Of a stretch of 54,549 nucleotides of DNA, positions 1 through 8,403 are shown in pieces. The first letter of the stretch is position 1. Every line of letters begins with the position of its first letter. The notes below the pieces were generated by a model. It saw nothing but the letters and a program-made list of their open reading frames with translations, did no database searches and was not told the DNA's origin. Both the position numbers and the translations under genes were made by a program. Source of the DNA: an uncultured Pseudomonadales bacterium (GTDB lineage Bacteria > Patescibacteriota > Microgenomatia > UBA1400 > MFAQ01); the NCBI GenBank assembly GCA_964586045.1, contig CAZPFY010000003.1:1-54549 (forward strand), read 5' to 3'.

Positions 1-4
1 TGAT

Positions 5-78
5 GGGCCGATAGCTCAGCTGGTTAGAGCGTCGAGCTTATACCTCGAATGTCCCTGGTTCGAATCCAGGTCGGCCCA
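5..78 (+). tRNA. tRNA-Ile, anticodon UAU (reads AUA)
   Basis: Hand-folded cloverleaf: acceptor GGGCCGA/TCGGCCC, D arm GCTC..GAGC, anticodon arm TCGAG-CTTATAC-CTCGA (U33-UAU-A37), T arm CCTGG-TTCGAAT-CCAGG, discriminator A; CCA not encoded. Confidence 0.85.
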
Positions 79-117
79 CAAGAAGCGTGAGATAGAACAG
101 ATGTTAGAATAAGGATA

Positions 118-477
118 ATGGTTAAAAAGAAACTAAAGAAAAAGTTGCAAGATAGAGTTCTTCGGGTTTCCAGTGCTGTTTTGGAGCAGAATGACTTTGC
201 CCAGAGTAAGTCTTGGCCGCAAGAGATGATGATAAATGGAGACCTTGATCTTGGAAAAAGCGGTAATCCGGTAACTATTTTTATAGAAGATGAGATAACT
301 GGAGAACAGCTGGAGATATCTGGCGTTAGAAACGCCTTTTTGATTGTCGAAGATTCCCGTAAAAAAATTTCAGGTTGGTTAGCTATGGCAATAGGCTCAG
401 TGGATAAGATGAACGCTGTACTAAGTTTTTTGTCTCAATCTACCTTGGAAGCACTGAAGCGGTTTACAGGTCGATAA
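118..477 (+). CDS. hypothetical protein (119 aa)
   Basis: Complete ORF; TGtTAGAAT box at 102-110 ends 7 nt before the ATG (leaderless layout shared by many genes here); no family recognised; 3' end overlaps the convergent recombinase by 14 nt. Confidence 0.4.
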   Translation: MVKKKLKKKLQDRVLRVSSAVLEQNDFAQSKSWPQEMMINGDLDLGKSGNPVTIFIEDEITGEQLEISGVRNAFLIVEDSRKKISGWLAMAIGSVDKMNAVLSFLSQSTLEALKRFTGR

Positions 478-1330
478 GTTTTGGTTTGTCCTTAGCTGGT
501 TTCTCAGAAATGAATTCTAAGTATTTTTCAGTGGTAGATAGTCTTTTGTGGCCAACGAGCTTGCTTATGTAAACTAAAGGACTGCCAGAGGTAAGCTGTT
601 GGGCAATAAAAGTGTGCCTTAAATCATTAACCTTAGCATTTTGGATACCAGCAATGTGGAAATAGCGGTCCAAGTTAGAACGAATGTTGCGGATTAAGAA
701 AGTGTTACCAGTTTTGGTGATAAAAACACTGTCGTTGGTGCTTTTTGGTCTTATGGCGATGTATTTTTCCAAAGACTCTTTGGCTGGCTGATTGAAAGGG
801 ATAGTTCTTTCTGGATGAGATTCAAAGGCACGAATAATCATTTGATTTGTTTGGAAATCAATATCTTTGATTTTGAGATTGGCAAGCTCAGAAATTCTCA
901 TGCCTGTTTGAAGTAGGAGTTCGACGATGGCTGCCATACGCAGGTCGTCTTTGCAGACGTCTCTCAAGGCACGATATTCAAGCTTGTTTAAAAGTCTGGG
1001 TGGTTTGATGTCGTATTTGGGGTGGGTGACTTCGGTGGCAGGATTGTCGACAATGACACCATTGACTTGGATGTAAGAGAAGAAGCTCTTGATGGAGTTA
1101 ATTTTGCGAGAAATTGACTTAGTGGTGTAGTTTTTTTGAGACAAGTCCTCTTTGAAGGCGTCAATGTCAGCCTTAGTAATGTCTTTAAGGGAGTCTTTAC
1201 CGTTTTTGCTGATAAAGTCGGTGAGTTGCTCTATATCTTTAGAGTAGGCTAAAATGGTAGCAGAAGCTCTGCCTTGTTTGGAGAGGTTCTCTTTGAAGCT
1301 ATTTATAGCGGATTTGGCGTTTTGTTCCAT
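464..1330 (-). CDS. tyrosine recombinase, XerC/XerD-like
   Basis: 288 aa; catalytic R..HxxR..H..Y pattern (TGMRISE, LRHTF, GHKRLSTTEKY) and N-terminal core-binding domain. Confidence 0.85.
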   Translation of the reverse strand: MEQNAKSAINSFKENLSKQGRASATILAYSKDIEQLTDFISKNGKDSLKDITKADIDAFKEDLSQKNYTTKSISRKINSIKSFFSYIQVNGVIVDNPATEVTHPKYDIKPPRLLNKLEYRALRDVCKDDLRMAAIVELLLQTGMRISELANLKIKDIDFQTNQMIIRAFESHPERTIPFNQPAKESLEKYIAIRPKSTNDSVFITKTGNTFLIRNIRSNLDRYFHIAGIQNAKVNDLRHTFIAQQLTSGSPLVYISKLVGHKRLSTTEKYLEFISEKPAKDKPKLIDL

Positions 1331-1364
1331 ATATGACGTCTATTATAACACTCTAGGTCTACAA

Positions 1365-1742
1365 ATGCAAGTATCAAAAAGAGCTCGCGATGGAGGTGTC
1401 AAAAAGGGGTGGTTGGGATGGGTGTTTTTGGTTGTTATTTGGCTATTAATTGTGTCGATGAGTAGGGACTACTTTCAGACAAAAAAGGGGTTTTTGAGGA
1501 TAAAAGAGACTGAAAGTCGTTTGGTTGAGGTTAAAAGTAAGAATGCGGAGTTAGAAAATAGATTGAAAGAGGTGAGCCTGCCAGAATATAAAGAAAGGTT
1601 ATTGAGAGAGAAGCTAAATTTACAAAGATCCGATGAGCTAGTGGTTATTTTGCCGGGTTTGGGAGCTAAAGTTATAAGACAAGAAAATACACAAGAAATA
1701 CACACAAATTGGAGAAAATGGATGAGCCTGTTGGGATTTTGA
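1365..1742 (+). CDS. FtsB/DivIC-like septum formation initiator (TM helix + coiled coil)
   Basis: Start moved to the internal ATG at 1365, because the upstream part of ORF 1254..1742 overlaps the recombinase start; TM segment WLGWVFLVVIWLLIV followed by a heptad-rich segment LVEVKSKNAELENRLKEV. Confidence 0.5.
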   Translation: MQVSKRARDGGVKKGWLGWVFLVVIWLLIVSMSRDYFQTKKGFLRIKETESRLVEVKSKNAELENRLKEVSLPEYKERLLREKLNLQRSDELVVILPGLGAKVIRQENTQEIHTNWRKWMSLLGF

Positions 1743-1945
1743 CGGAAAAAGGATCTTTGTTGCGGGGCTAGGGATCCGCCCCCTAATTAATCAGGATTAT
1801 GAGCCCTGAAAGATACTTACCTTCCCCCCGCAAAGAGGGAACAGGCTTATTTTAGCACGGATTTAGGTTCTATTGTAAACGAAAGTGGTTTCGTGGCTGG
1901 TGGATGTTAAAATATTAAAGACCGTCTTTCTTGAAGGCGAAATGA

Positions 1946-2019
1946 GGCAGGGTAGCTCAAATGGTTAGAGCGGAGGATTCATAAACCTCAGGTAGTGGGT
2001 TCGATACCCACCCCTGCTA
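1946..2019 (+). tRNA. tRNA with CAU anticodon (elongator Met; Ile2 not excluded)
   Basis: Acceptor GGCAGGG/CCCTGCT, D arm GCTC..GAGC, anticodon loop TTCATAA, T arm GTGGG-TTCGATA-CCCAC, discriminator A; lacks the initiator-type GGG/CCC anticodon stem; A31-A39 mismatch. Confidence 0.8.
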
Positions 2020-2032
2020 CTATAATAAAGAT

Positions 2033-3034
2033 ATGAAAAAGAGAATACTGACGGGCGATAGGCCTACCGGAAAGCTACACCTTGGTCATTTGCTGGGATC
2101 GTTACAGAATCGAGTTAAGCTTCAGGATGAGTATGAACAATTTGTGTTAATCGCCAACGTCCAAGCCTTGACGGACAACTTTGAGAACCCAGAGAAGGTT
2201 TCAGAGAGTATGTACGAGCTTTTGTGTGATTATTATGCGGTGGGAATTGACTTTGAGAAATCGACGGTATTTGTTCAAAGCGAAGTGAAACAAATTCATG
2301 AGATATTTGTGTACTTGTCGAATTTTGTAACGATTCAGCAAATTAGCCACAATCCAACCATAAAGACCGAACTGGCTCAAAAGGGAATGGAGCAGTCGAC
2401 ACCTTTAGGTTTTTTTATGTATCCGGTTCATCAAGTGGGAGACATTTTGGCTGTTAACGCTGACCTTGTGCCTGTTGGTAAGGATCAGCTACCAATGATT
2501 GAAACGACGCGGGATTTGGCTAGAAAGTTTAATACTACATATAAGGTAGATGTTTTACATGAGCCTGAGGCTTTGGTGGGAGTGGAAAAGAATGTACCTG
2601 GAATTGACGGAAACGAAAAAATGGGAAAGAGCTTGAATAACGCAATTTACTTATCGGATGACGAAAAAACTTTGAGAGAGAAGGTTTTTAAAATTTATAC
2701 GGATCCGGGTAGGATTCACGCTACAGATCCCGGAAAATTGGAGGGAAACATTGCATTTACTTATCATGATTTGTTTAACCATAATAAATTGGAAGTTGAA
2801 GATCTGAAATCGAGGTATGTGGTGGGTAAGGTAGGAGATGTTGAGGTAAAAGAAAAACTTTTTATTGCTATAAATGAGATTCTCACGCCAATAAGAGACA
2901 GAAGAAAAGAGGCTGAGCTGATTAAGACTGAGTTGATGGGTAAAGCCTTAGAGGGAAGTAAGCGCGTAAGTGGAATAGCTGAAGAGATAGTAGATAGAAT
3001 GAAATCGGCAATGAAAATTAATTTTAAACAATGA
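2033..3034 (+). CDS. trpS: tryptophanyl-tRNA synthetase
   Basis: 333 aa class I aaRS; HIGH-type GKLHLGHLLG and KMSKS-type KMGKSLNN; size typical of TrpRS; TATAAT 2021-2026 lies 6 nt before the ATG. Confidence 0.9.
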   Translation: MKKRILTGDRPTGKLHLGHLLGSLQNRVKLQDEYEQFVLIANVQALTDNFENPEKVSESMYELLCDYYAVGIDFEKSTVFVQSEVKQIHEIFVYLSNFVTIQQISHNPTIKTELAQKGMEQSTPLGFFMYPVHQVGDILAVNADLVPVGKDQLPMIETTRDLARKFNTTYKVDVLHEPEALVGVEKNVPGIDGNEKMGKSLNNAIYLSDDEKTLREKVFKIYTDPGRIHATDPGKLEGNIAFTYHDLFNHNKLEVEDLKSRYVVGKVGDVEVKEKLFIAINEILTPIRDRRKEAELIKTELMGKALEGSKRVSGIAEEIVDRMKSAMKINFKQ

Positions 3035-3366
3035 AAGAACTAGTAAATTACGATGATTTTGGAAAACTTGAGATAAGAGCTGGGTTGATTGTAGAAGCAG
3101 ACGCCCCTGAGTGGAGCGAGAAATTAATTCGCTATGTGATTGATTTTGGGGAAGAACTTGGAAAACGAACACTTTTTTCGGGAATTAGAGCTTTTTACAC
3201 CCCTGAAGAATTAGTAGGTAAAAAAGTACCCGTCATTTTGAACATGGCACCAAAAAAAATGGGGCAAGAGTTTTCGGAGGGAATGGTGTTGATGGTTGAC
3301 GGCACCGAGAAGCCAATAATGATATTTTTATCTGATTCAGTTGAGCTTGGGGCAGTGGTAAGATAG
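3031..3366 (+). CDS. free-standing tRNA-binding domain protein (Trbp111/CsaA-like OB fold)
   Basis: 111 aa; FGKLEIRAGLIVEA...KKVPVILNMAPKKMGQEFSEGMVL resembles the C-terminal tRNA-binding domain of MetRS/EMAP; ATGA overlap with the trpS stop. Confidence 0.7.
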   Translation: MKELVNYDDFGKLEIRAGLIVEADAPEWSEKLIRYVIDFGEELGKRTLFSGIRAFYTPEELVGKKVPVILNMAPKKMGQEFSEGMVLMVDGTEKPIMIFLSDSVELGAVVR

Positions 3367-3380
3367 TTAGACAAATAAAT

Positions 3381-5228
3381 ATGCAAACTAAAAAACTAGA
3401 ATTTAAGCTAAATTTAAACTTTAAGAGGATGTTGATGTGGGGGTTGATTCTCTTTTTGTTCTTACCAAGTTTAATAAAGTTATTTTTGGGAGGCACTGGT
3501 TTGGTGAAGAACCTGTCGCTTTCGGAAGTAATAACAGAAATTAAACAAGGAAAAATAACAAAAGTTCAGATTAGAGGAGACGATATTATGGTTTATTATC
3601 CCAAAGACGATAAAGGGGTGGAGCCGCTTGGTATTTCTCGTAAAGAGGAAGGATCTAGTTTTATTGATCAGCTTCAAAAGGCGGGTGTGGATGAAAGTAA
3701 GGTAAAAATTGAGGTTGTGTCGCAAGACTTCGGAAAAGCCTTTTGGGATGTTGTTTCGTTGATGCTTCCTATTGTTGGTTTTGGCTTGTTAATGTTTTAT
3801 ATGATGAGAAAGCAAGGTGGGGGTGGCGATATGTTTGGAATTGGAAAAAGCAAGGCGAAATTATTTGCAAAAGGAAAACAAAGTATTAAATTTGCAGATG
3901 TGGCTGGAGTGGATGAGGCAAAAAAAGAGTTGGTTGAAGTGGTAGACTTTTTAAAGAACCCAAAAAAATATTTGGACTTAGGAGCTAGAACCCCCAAGGG
4001 TGTTTTGCTTACTGGTCCGGCTGGGGTAGGGAAAACGCTTTTGGCAAGGGCTGTGGCAGGTGAGGCGGGAGTTCCTTTCTTTTCGATGGCTGGTTCTGAG
4101 TTTATGGAAATGCTGGTTGGAGTTGGAGCTAGTAGGGTTCGAGATCTTTTTGATACGGCCAAGAAAGCAGCTCCGGCAATTATTTTTATAGATGAGATGG
4201 ATGCTATTGGTAGAACCAGAGGTGCTGGTGGGGCAATGGGTGGGCACGACGAAAGAGAACAGACGCTAAATCAGATTTTGGTAGAGATGGATGGATTTTC
4301 GAAAAATGAAAATGTAATAGTGATGGCGGCGACGAATAGACCAGATGTTTTGGATCCGGCTTTGGTACGACCAGGAAGATTTGATAGAAGAGTAACCCTT
4401 GATTTACCAGATATAAAGGGGCGAAAAGAGATTTTGGAAATTCACAAAAAAGGTAAGCCCTTTGCAAAAGCAGTTAACTGGGATAAGGTTGCTCAGGGAA
4501 CGGTAGGTTTTTCGGGGGCTGACCTTGAGAATATGTTAAATGAGTCAGCTATTTTGACCGCAAGAGATAATAAAAAAGAAATTGGAACTAAGGATATTGA
4601 AGAAGCAGGTTTGAAAGTTAAGATGGGCCCGGAGCGAAGAAGACTTTCCAGTGACTTGGAAAAAAAGATGACGGCTTATCATGAAATGGGACATGCTTTG
4701 GTAGGACACTTGCTTTCCGGAACAGATCCAATTCACCGAATTAGTATTGTAGCTCGAGGAATGGCCCTGGGTTTTACGATGAGTAGGCCAATGACAGATA
4801 AGTATCAGCAAACAGAGAGTGAGCTAAAACACAACATTGCGATGATGCTAGCAGGAAGAGCAGCAGAGAAAATTATTTTTAATGAACTTACGGCTGGAGC
4901 GAGCAATGACATAGAGAGAGCAACTATGCTGGCGCGACGAATGGTGGTTGATTTTGGAATGAGTGTTCTTGGTCCAATATCGCTTAGTCAGTCGATGGAG
5001 AGTAACTCCTGGGGTTATGTGAATGGAGACTCGGGAAAATTGTCTGAAGTGATGCAAACAAAGGTGGACGAGGAAATAAAAAAGAAAATCGACGAAGGAT
5101 ATGGCTTGGCGGAAAGATTGATTAAAAAGCACAAAAAAATATTAGATAAGTTGTCGAATAAAATTATTGAGGTGGAATCGATGGAGCAAGACGAATTTGA
5201 AGAAATTGTTGGAATGACTAAAGGGTAA
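3381..5228 (+). CDS. ftsH: ATP-dependent zinc metalloprotease FtsH
   Basis: 615 aa; TM N-terminus, Walker A GPAGVGKT, Walker [13 protein letters not shown] region, zinc motif HEMGHAL. Confidence 0.95.
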   Translation: MQTKKLEFKLNLNFKRMLMWGLILFLFLPSLIKLFLGGTGLVKNLSLSEVITEIKQGKITKVQIRGDDIMVYYPKDDKGVEPLGISRKEEGSSFIDQLQKAGVDESKVKIEVVSQDFGKAFWDVVSLMLPIVGFGLLMFYMMRKQGGGGDMFGIGKSKAKLFAKGKQSIKFADVAGVDEAKKELVEVVDFLKNPKKYLDLGARTPKGVLLTGPAGVGKTLLARAVAGEAGVPFFSMAGSEFMEMLVGVGASRVRDLFDTAKKAAPAIIFIDEMDAIGRTRGAGGAMGGHDEREQTLNQILVEMDGFSKNENVIVMAATNRPDVLDPALVRPGRFDRRVTLDLPDIKGRKEILEIHKKGKPFAKAVNWDKVAQGTVGFSGADLENMLNESAILTARDNKKEIGTKDIEEAGLKVKMGPERRRLSSDLEKKMTAYHEMGHALVGHLLSGTDPIHRISIVARGMALGFTMSRPMTDKYQQTESELKHNIAMMLAGRAAEKIIFNELTAGASNDIERATMLARRMVVDFGMSVLGPISLSQSMESNSWGYVNGDSGKLSEVMQTKVDEEIKKKIDEGYGLAERLIKKHKKILDKLSNKIIEVESMEQDEFEEIVGMTKG

Positions 5229-5237
5229 TTTGAATAA

Positions 5238-6182
5238 ATGAAAAAATTAATACTAATAGACGTTAATGCTTTGTTGCACAGAGCTTTTCACGCTTACCCG
5301 CCGTTTACGACACCAAAAGGTGAATTAGTTGGGGCGGTTTATGGTTTTACATCGCTGTTGTTTTCTGTCATTGAAAAACTTTCACCAACGCATGTTGTTG
5401 TCGCTTGGGATGTAAAAGGGGAGCTGTTGAGAAAAAAAGAGTATGGGGAATATAAAGCAAACAGGGGGCCGATGGATGAGACCTTGGTTTCGCAGATAGA
5501 GAGAACGAAAGAGGTTGTCGAAGCATTGAACATTCCTCAGTTTGGAATAGAAGGGTATGAGGCAGATGATATTATTGGAACTTTATCAATGGTAGGTGAA
5601 GAAAAAACTCAAAAACCCAAAAACCCAAAAACTCAAGATATAGAAGAAATTCAAGTAATTATTGTGACTGGAGACAGAGATTCTTTGCAGTTAATTCAGG
5701 GCAAGAAAGTGGTGGTTTATTTGCCTATACAGAACAAATATGCGCAATCGGTTGTTTTTGATGAAGATAAGGTAATGGAGGTGTATGGAATTAAGCCCAA
5801 ACAAGTTGTCGACTTGAAGGGTCTTATGGGCGACGCCTCGGATAACATTCCTGGTGTAAAGGGAATCGGAAAGGTAACAGCAACAAAACTGATTAAAGAT
5901 TTTGGTTCGGTTGAAGGAGTGTATAAAAATATTGATAGCAAAGAAATTAAGCCAAGAACAAGAGAGTTACTCCTTGCGGATAAAGAGATGGCGATTAAAA
6001 GTAGGCATTTGGCAGAAATAGTTAGGGACGTACCAATGGAATTTAGCTGGGAGGATTGTTTGCTTGCGGATTATGATAAGAAAAAAGTGGTCGACTTGCT
6101 GACTGAGCTAAACTTTAAAAGTTTGCTTGGGAAGTTGCCAGAGGAGAATTTTGAAAAAGAAATAGTAGATATCTTTATATGA
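5238..6182 (+). CDS. stand-alone 5'-3' exonuclease (Pol I N-terminal/FEN-like domain)
   Basis: 314 aa; YKANR, GYEADDIIGT, TGDRDSLQL, GDASDNIPGVKGIGKVTA motifs; no polymerase domain; carries A-rich repeat R1 in frame. Confidence 0.85.
   Translation: MKKLILIDVNALLHRAFHAYPPFTTPKGELVGAVYGFTSLLFSVIEKLSPTHVVVAWDVKGELLRKKEYGEYKANRGPMDETLVSQIERTKEVVEALNIPQFGIEGYEADDIIGTLSMVGEEKTQKPKNPKTQDIEEIQVIIVTGDRDSLQLIQGKKVVVYLPIQNKYAQSVVFDEDKVMEVYGIKPKQVVDLKGLMGDASDNIPGVKGIGKVTATKLIKDFGSVEGVYKNIDSKEIKPRTRELLLADKEMAIKSRHLAEIVRDVPMEFSWEDCLLADYDKKKVVDLLTELNFKSLLGKLPEENFEKEIVDIFI
5602..5639 (+). repeat. A-rich oligo-repeat R1 (in frame in the exonuclease gene)
   Basis: aaaaaactcaaaaacccaaaaacccaaaaactcaagat, translated EKTQKPKNPKTQD. 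Confidence 0.8.
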
Positions 6183-7288
6183 AAGTAGCTTTGGTTCATG
6201 ATTATATAAAGGAGTTTGGGGGAGCAGAGAGAGTTTTGAAGTCGCTTTCTGACATATATCCAGAGTCTCCGATTTATACTTCGTTTGTACTTAGAGATTC
6301 GAACTGTGCTAAAGCATTTGGAGACAAAAAAATTATTGAGAGTAAATTGGGTTGGCTATTGAAGCATTTTAATTTGTATAGTCCATTGCGATTTTTGGCG
6401 CCTTTGGTATGGCGGAGTATTGATCTTTCGGAGTATGATTTGGTAATTACCTCGTGCTCTTCATTCTTTGCTAGAGGGTTTAGGGTGCGACCAGAAACAA
6501 CGGTAATAGCTTATTGTCATACGCCGCCCAGGTTTTTGTATGGATATGAAACGAGTATTAATTTGCAAAGATTTTGGATCGTTAGAGCTTATGCGGTTGT
6601 GGTGAATCACTTTTTGCGGATTTTTGACCTTTGGAGCTCACAAAGAGTGAATTTTTGGATTGTTAATTCTGAGAACGTGAGGAAAAGGGTGTGGAAATTT
6701 TATCGAAAAGAAGCGGTTGTTGTTTATCCGCCGGTAAAAGTAGAAGAATTGATTGAAAAAGCCAAGAAGGCAAAGAAGGAAGATTACTTTTTAATCGTGT
6801 CGCGATTGGTAGGGGCAAAGGGAATAGTAGAGGCGGCAAAGGCTGTTACTAATTTGGGTTATAAATTAAAAATATCAGGTGAGGCCGTTGGGTTTTCGAG
6901 TATTAAAAAAGAACTGTTGAATATGAAGGGGGTTGAGCTTTTGGGGCGTGTAAGTGATGCTAAGATAGGAAAAATATTTGCAAAAGCGAGAGGGTTTATT
7001 GCCTTGGCAAAAGAAGAAGATTTTGGAATAACTCCCGTAGAGGCGATGGCGGCCGGAACTCCGGTAATAGCTTTTAATGGAGGTGGTTTTAAAGAAACTG
7101 TAATTGACGGAGAAACAGGAGTGTTGGTCAATGATCTTGAGGAAAAAACTTTAGAGGAAGCGATAAAAAAAATTATTAGACGTGTTTGGAAAAAAACAGA
7201 ATTGCAAAAACGAGCAATGTTGTTTTCGGAAAAAAGGTTTGTAGGTGAAATAAAGAAAGTTGTTAAGTGGGTGGTAACTGAAAAGTAG
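6179..7288 (+). CDS. glycosyltransferase, GT4 (GT-B) family
   Basis: 369 aa; C-terminal EDFGITPVEAMAAGTPVIAFNGGGFKETV (E-x7-E type motif). Confidence 0.75.
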   Translation: MKVALVHDYIKEFGGAERVLKSLSDIYPESPIYTSFVLRDSNCAKAFGDKKIIESKLGWLLKHFNLYSPLRFLAPLVWRSIDLSEYDLVITSCSSFFARGFRVRPETTVIAYCHTPPRFLYGYETSINLQRFWIVRAYAVVVNHFLRIFDLWSSQRVNFWIVNSENVRKRVWKFYRKEAVVVYPPVKVEELIEKAKKAKKEDYFLIVSRLVGAKGIVEAAKAVTNLGYKLKISGEAVGFSSIKKELLNMKGVELLGRVSDAKIGKIFAKARGFIALAKEEDFGITPVEAMAAGTPVIAFNGGGFKETVIDGETGVLVNDLEEKTLEEAIKKIIRRVWKKTELQKRAMLFSEKRFVGEIKKVVKWVVTEK

Positions 7289-8182
7289 ATGCCAGAATTG
7301 CCAGAAGTTGAAACAATCGCTGTTCAATTAAATGAAGTATTAATCGGTAAGATTGTAAGCAACGTAGTGATTCACAGGGAGAAGAATTTTTTGGGGAGTT
7401 CCGAGGAGCTAATTGGAAGGAAAATAAAGAAAGTGGGTAGAAAGGCGAAGATGGTAGGGATAGAATTTGAGGGTTACGAAAATCTTGTTCAAGTGCATTT
7501 AAAAATGACTGGACAATTAATTTTCCAGGAGAAAATTAAAAAAACTCAAGAACTCAAGGAAACAAGAACTCAAAATTTTGAAAACCGAGTAGTGGGGGGG
7601 CATCCCACTTCTGATTGGGTGAAGAGCTTGCCAAGCAAACACACTAGAGTTGAGATTGTTTTTGAGGATGGATCGGTTTTATTTTTTAATGACATGAGAG
7701 CTTTTGGGTGGATGAGGATTGTAGAAAAAACTCAAAAAATCGAAAACTCAAAAAATCAAATTCCGGATGTGGTGGATAAAGAATTTAGTTTGGACTATTT
7801 TGAAAGAGTATTAAAGAAATATAAAAGACCAATAAAAATAGTGTTGTTGGATCAACAATTAATGGGAGGAATAGGAAATATTTATGCCAATGACGCTCTT
7901 AATTTAGCGAGAATTTTGCCAACCAGAAAAGCTAGTGAACTAAGTAAAAAAGAAGTTGGTGTATTGCATAAGGCCATAAAGTTTGTAATTGATTTGGGAA
8001 TAAAGTGTGGGGGAGCTAGCGCGGCTAATTATGTAGACACAAAAGGACTTGGTGGAACTTACCAGAATTACTTTTTGACTTATAAACAAGACGGGAAGCC
8101 TTGTAAAAATTGTGGGGAGAAAATTGTTAAGATTAAACTTGGAGGAAGAGGGACTTTTTACTGCCCTAACTGCCAAAAATAA
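7289..8182 (+). CDS. mutM: formamidopyrimidine-DNA glycosylase
   Basis: Starts MPELPEVE; H2TH region; C-terminal zinc finger CKNCG..YCPNC; carries repeats R2 and R3 in frame. Confidence 0.9.
   Translation: MPELPEVETIAVQLNEVLIGKIVSNVVIHREKNFLGSSEELIGRKIKKVGRKAKMVGIEFEGYENLVQVHLKMTGQLIFQEKIKKTQELKETRTQNFENRVVGGHPTSDWVKSLPSKHTRVEIVFEDGSVLFFNDMRAFGWMRIVEKTQKIENSKNQIPDVVDKEFSLDYFERVLKKYKRPIKIVLLDQQLMGGIGNIYANDALNLARILPTRKASELSKKEVGVLHKAIKFVIDLGIKCGGASAANYVDTKGLGGTYQNYFLTYKQDGKPCKNCGEKIVKIKLGGRGTFYCPNCQK
7538..7576 (+). repeat. A-rich oligo-repeat R2 (in frame in mutM)
   Basis: aaaaaaactcaagaactcaaggaaacaagaactcaaaat, translated KKTQELKETRTQN. Confidence 0.7.
7725..7760 (+). repeat. A-rich oligo-repeat R3 (in frame in mutM)
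   Basis: aaaaaactcaaaaaatcgaaaactcaaaaaatcaaa, translated EKTQKIENSKNQ. Confidence 0.8.
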
Positions 8183-8346
8183 ATTTATTTGCTTTTCGGT
8201 CACATCCTTTGTTGTCGACCGAAAGATTTCGCCCGCGTCGAAATTTTCTTGTTTGCGGTGCCTAGACTCCTGAGTACAGGAGACCATGCTCTACGCACCT
8301 TGCAAAATATCGCCACAAAGGATATGACCTTGGCAAATAAACTTAT
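8181..8346. repeat. structured intergenic element, copy SR-A
   Basis: Starts at the mutM stop. Outer helix tttatttgc/gcaaataaa; second helix GGTCACATCCTTTGT/ACAAAGGATATGACC (15 pairs, 1 mismatch). Core TTGTCGACCGAAAG and hairpin CTCCTG-agta-CAGGAG shared with SR-B. Confidence 0.7.
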
Positions 8347-8403
8347 TTCGAGTTATTTTTGTTAATTTGCGGTTAATAATTAGCTTGATGATATACTTTA
8401 GGC

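Noticed and set aside
1254-1364. N-terminal 37 codons of ORF 1254..1742. Likewise the upstream extensions of 16218 (pth), 26842..27360, 32024 (post-thrS ORF), 33030 (phosphatase) and 49923.
   Set aside because: The extensions overlap neighbouring genes or repeats. Internal ATGs coincide with conserved N-termini and with promoter or SD signals or stop-start coupling.
5-1742. A tRNA followed by a tyrosine recombinase could mark an integrated mobile element or prophage.
   Set aside because: Only a 119-aa ORF and an FtsB-like gene lie between the two tRNAs. I saw no att-like direct repeat of the tRNA 3' end and no phage or conjugation genes. The recombinase looks like the housekeeping Xer type.
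1743-1945. GC-rich patch with nested complementarity (GGATC/GATCC, GGGGC/GCCCC, TTGCGGGG/CCCCGCAA) between the FtsB-like gene and tRNA-CAU; considered as SRP, 6S or another ncRNA.
   Set aside because: No promoter or terminator could be defined and no SRP (GGAA..GAAGCAGC) or other family hallmark is present. Left unresolved rather than called.
3797-4467. Minus-strand ORFs of 87-121 aa inside ftsH, and similar antisense or off-frame ORFs inside conserved genes. Examples: 10107..10616, 25041..25520, 27590..28003, 39766..40185, 42056..42547, 51497..51940, 52809..53405, 53496..53939, 17050..17334, 37470..37838.
   Set aside because: They lie entirely within well-supported conserved genes on the opposite strand or another frame. 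They have low-complexity or S/P/L-rich composition and no start-site signals, so they are shadow ORFs.
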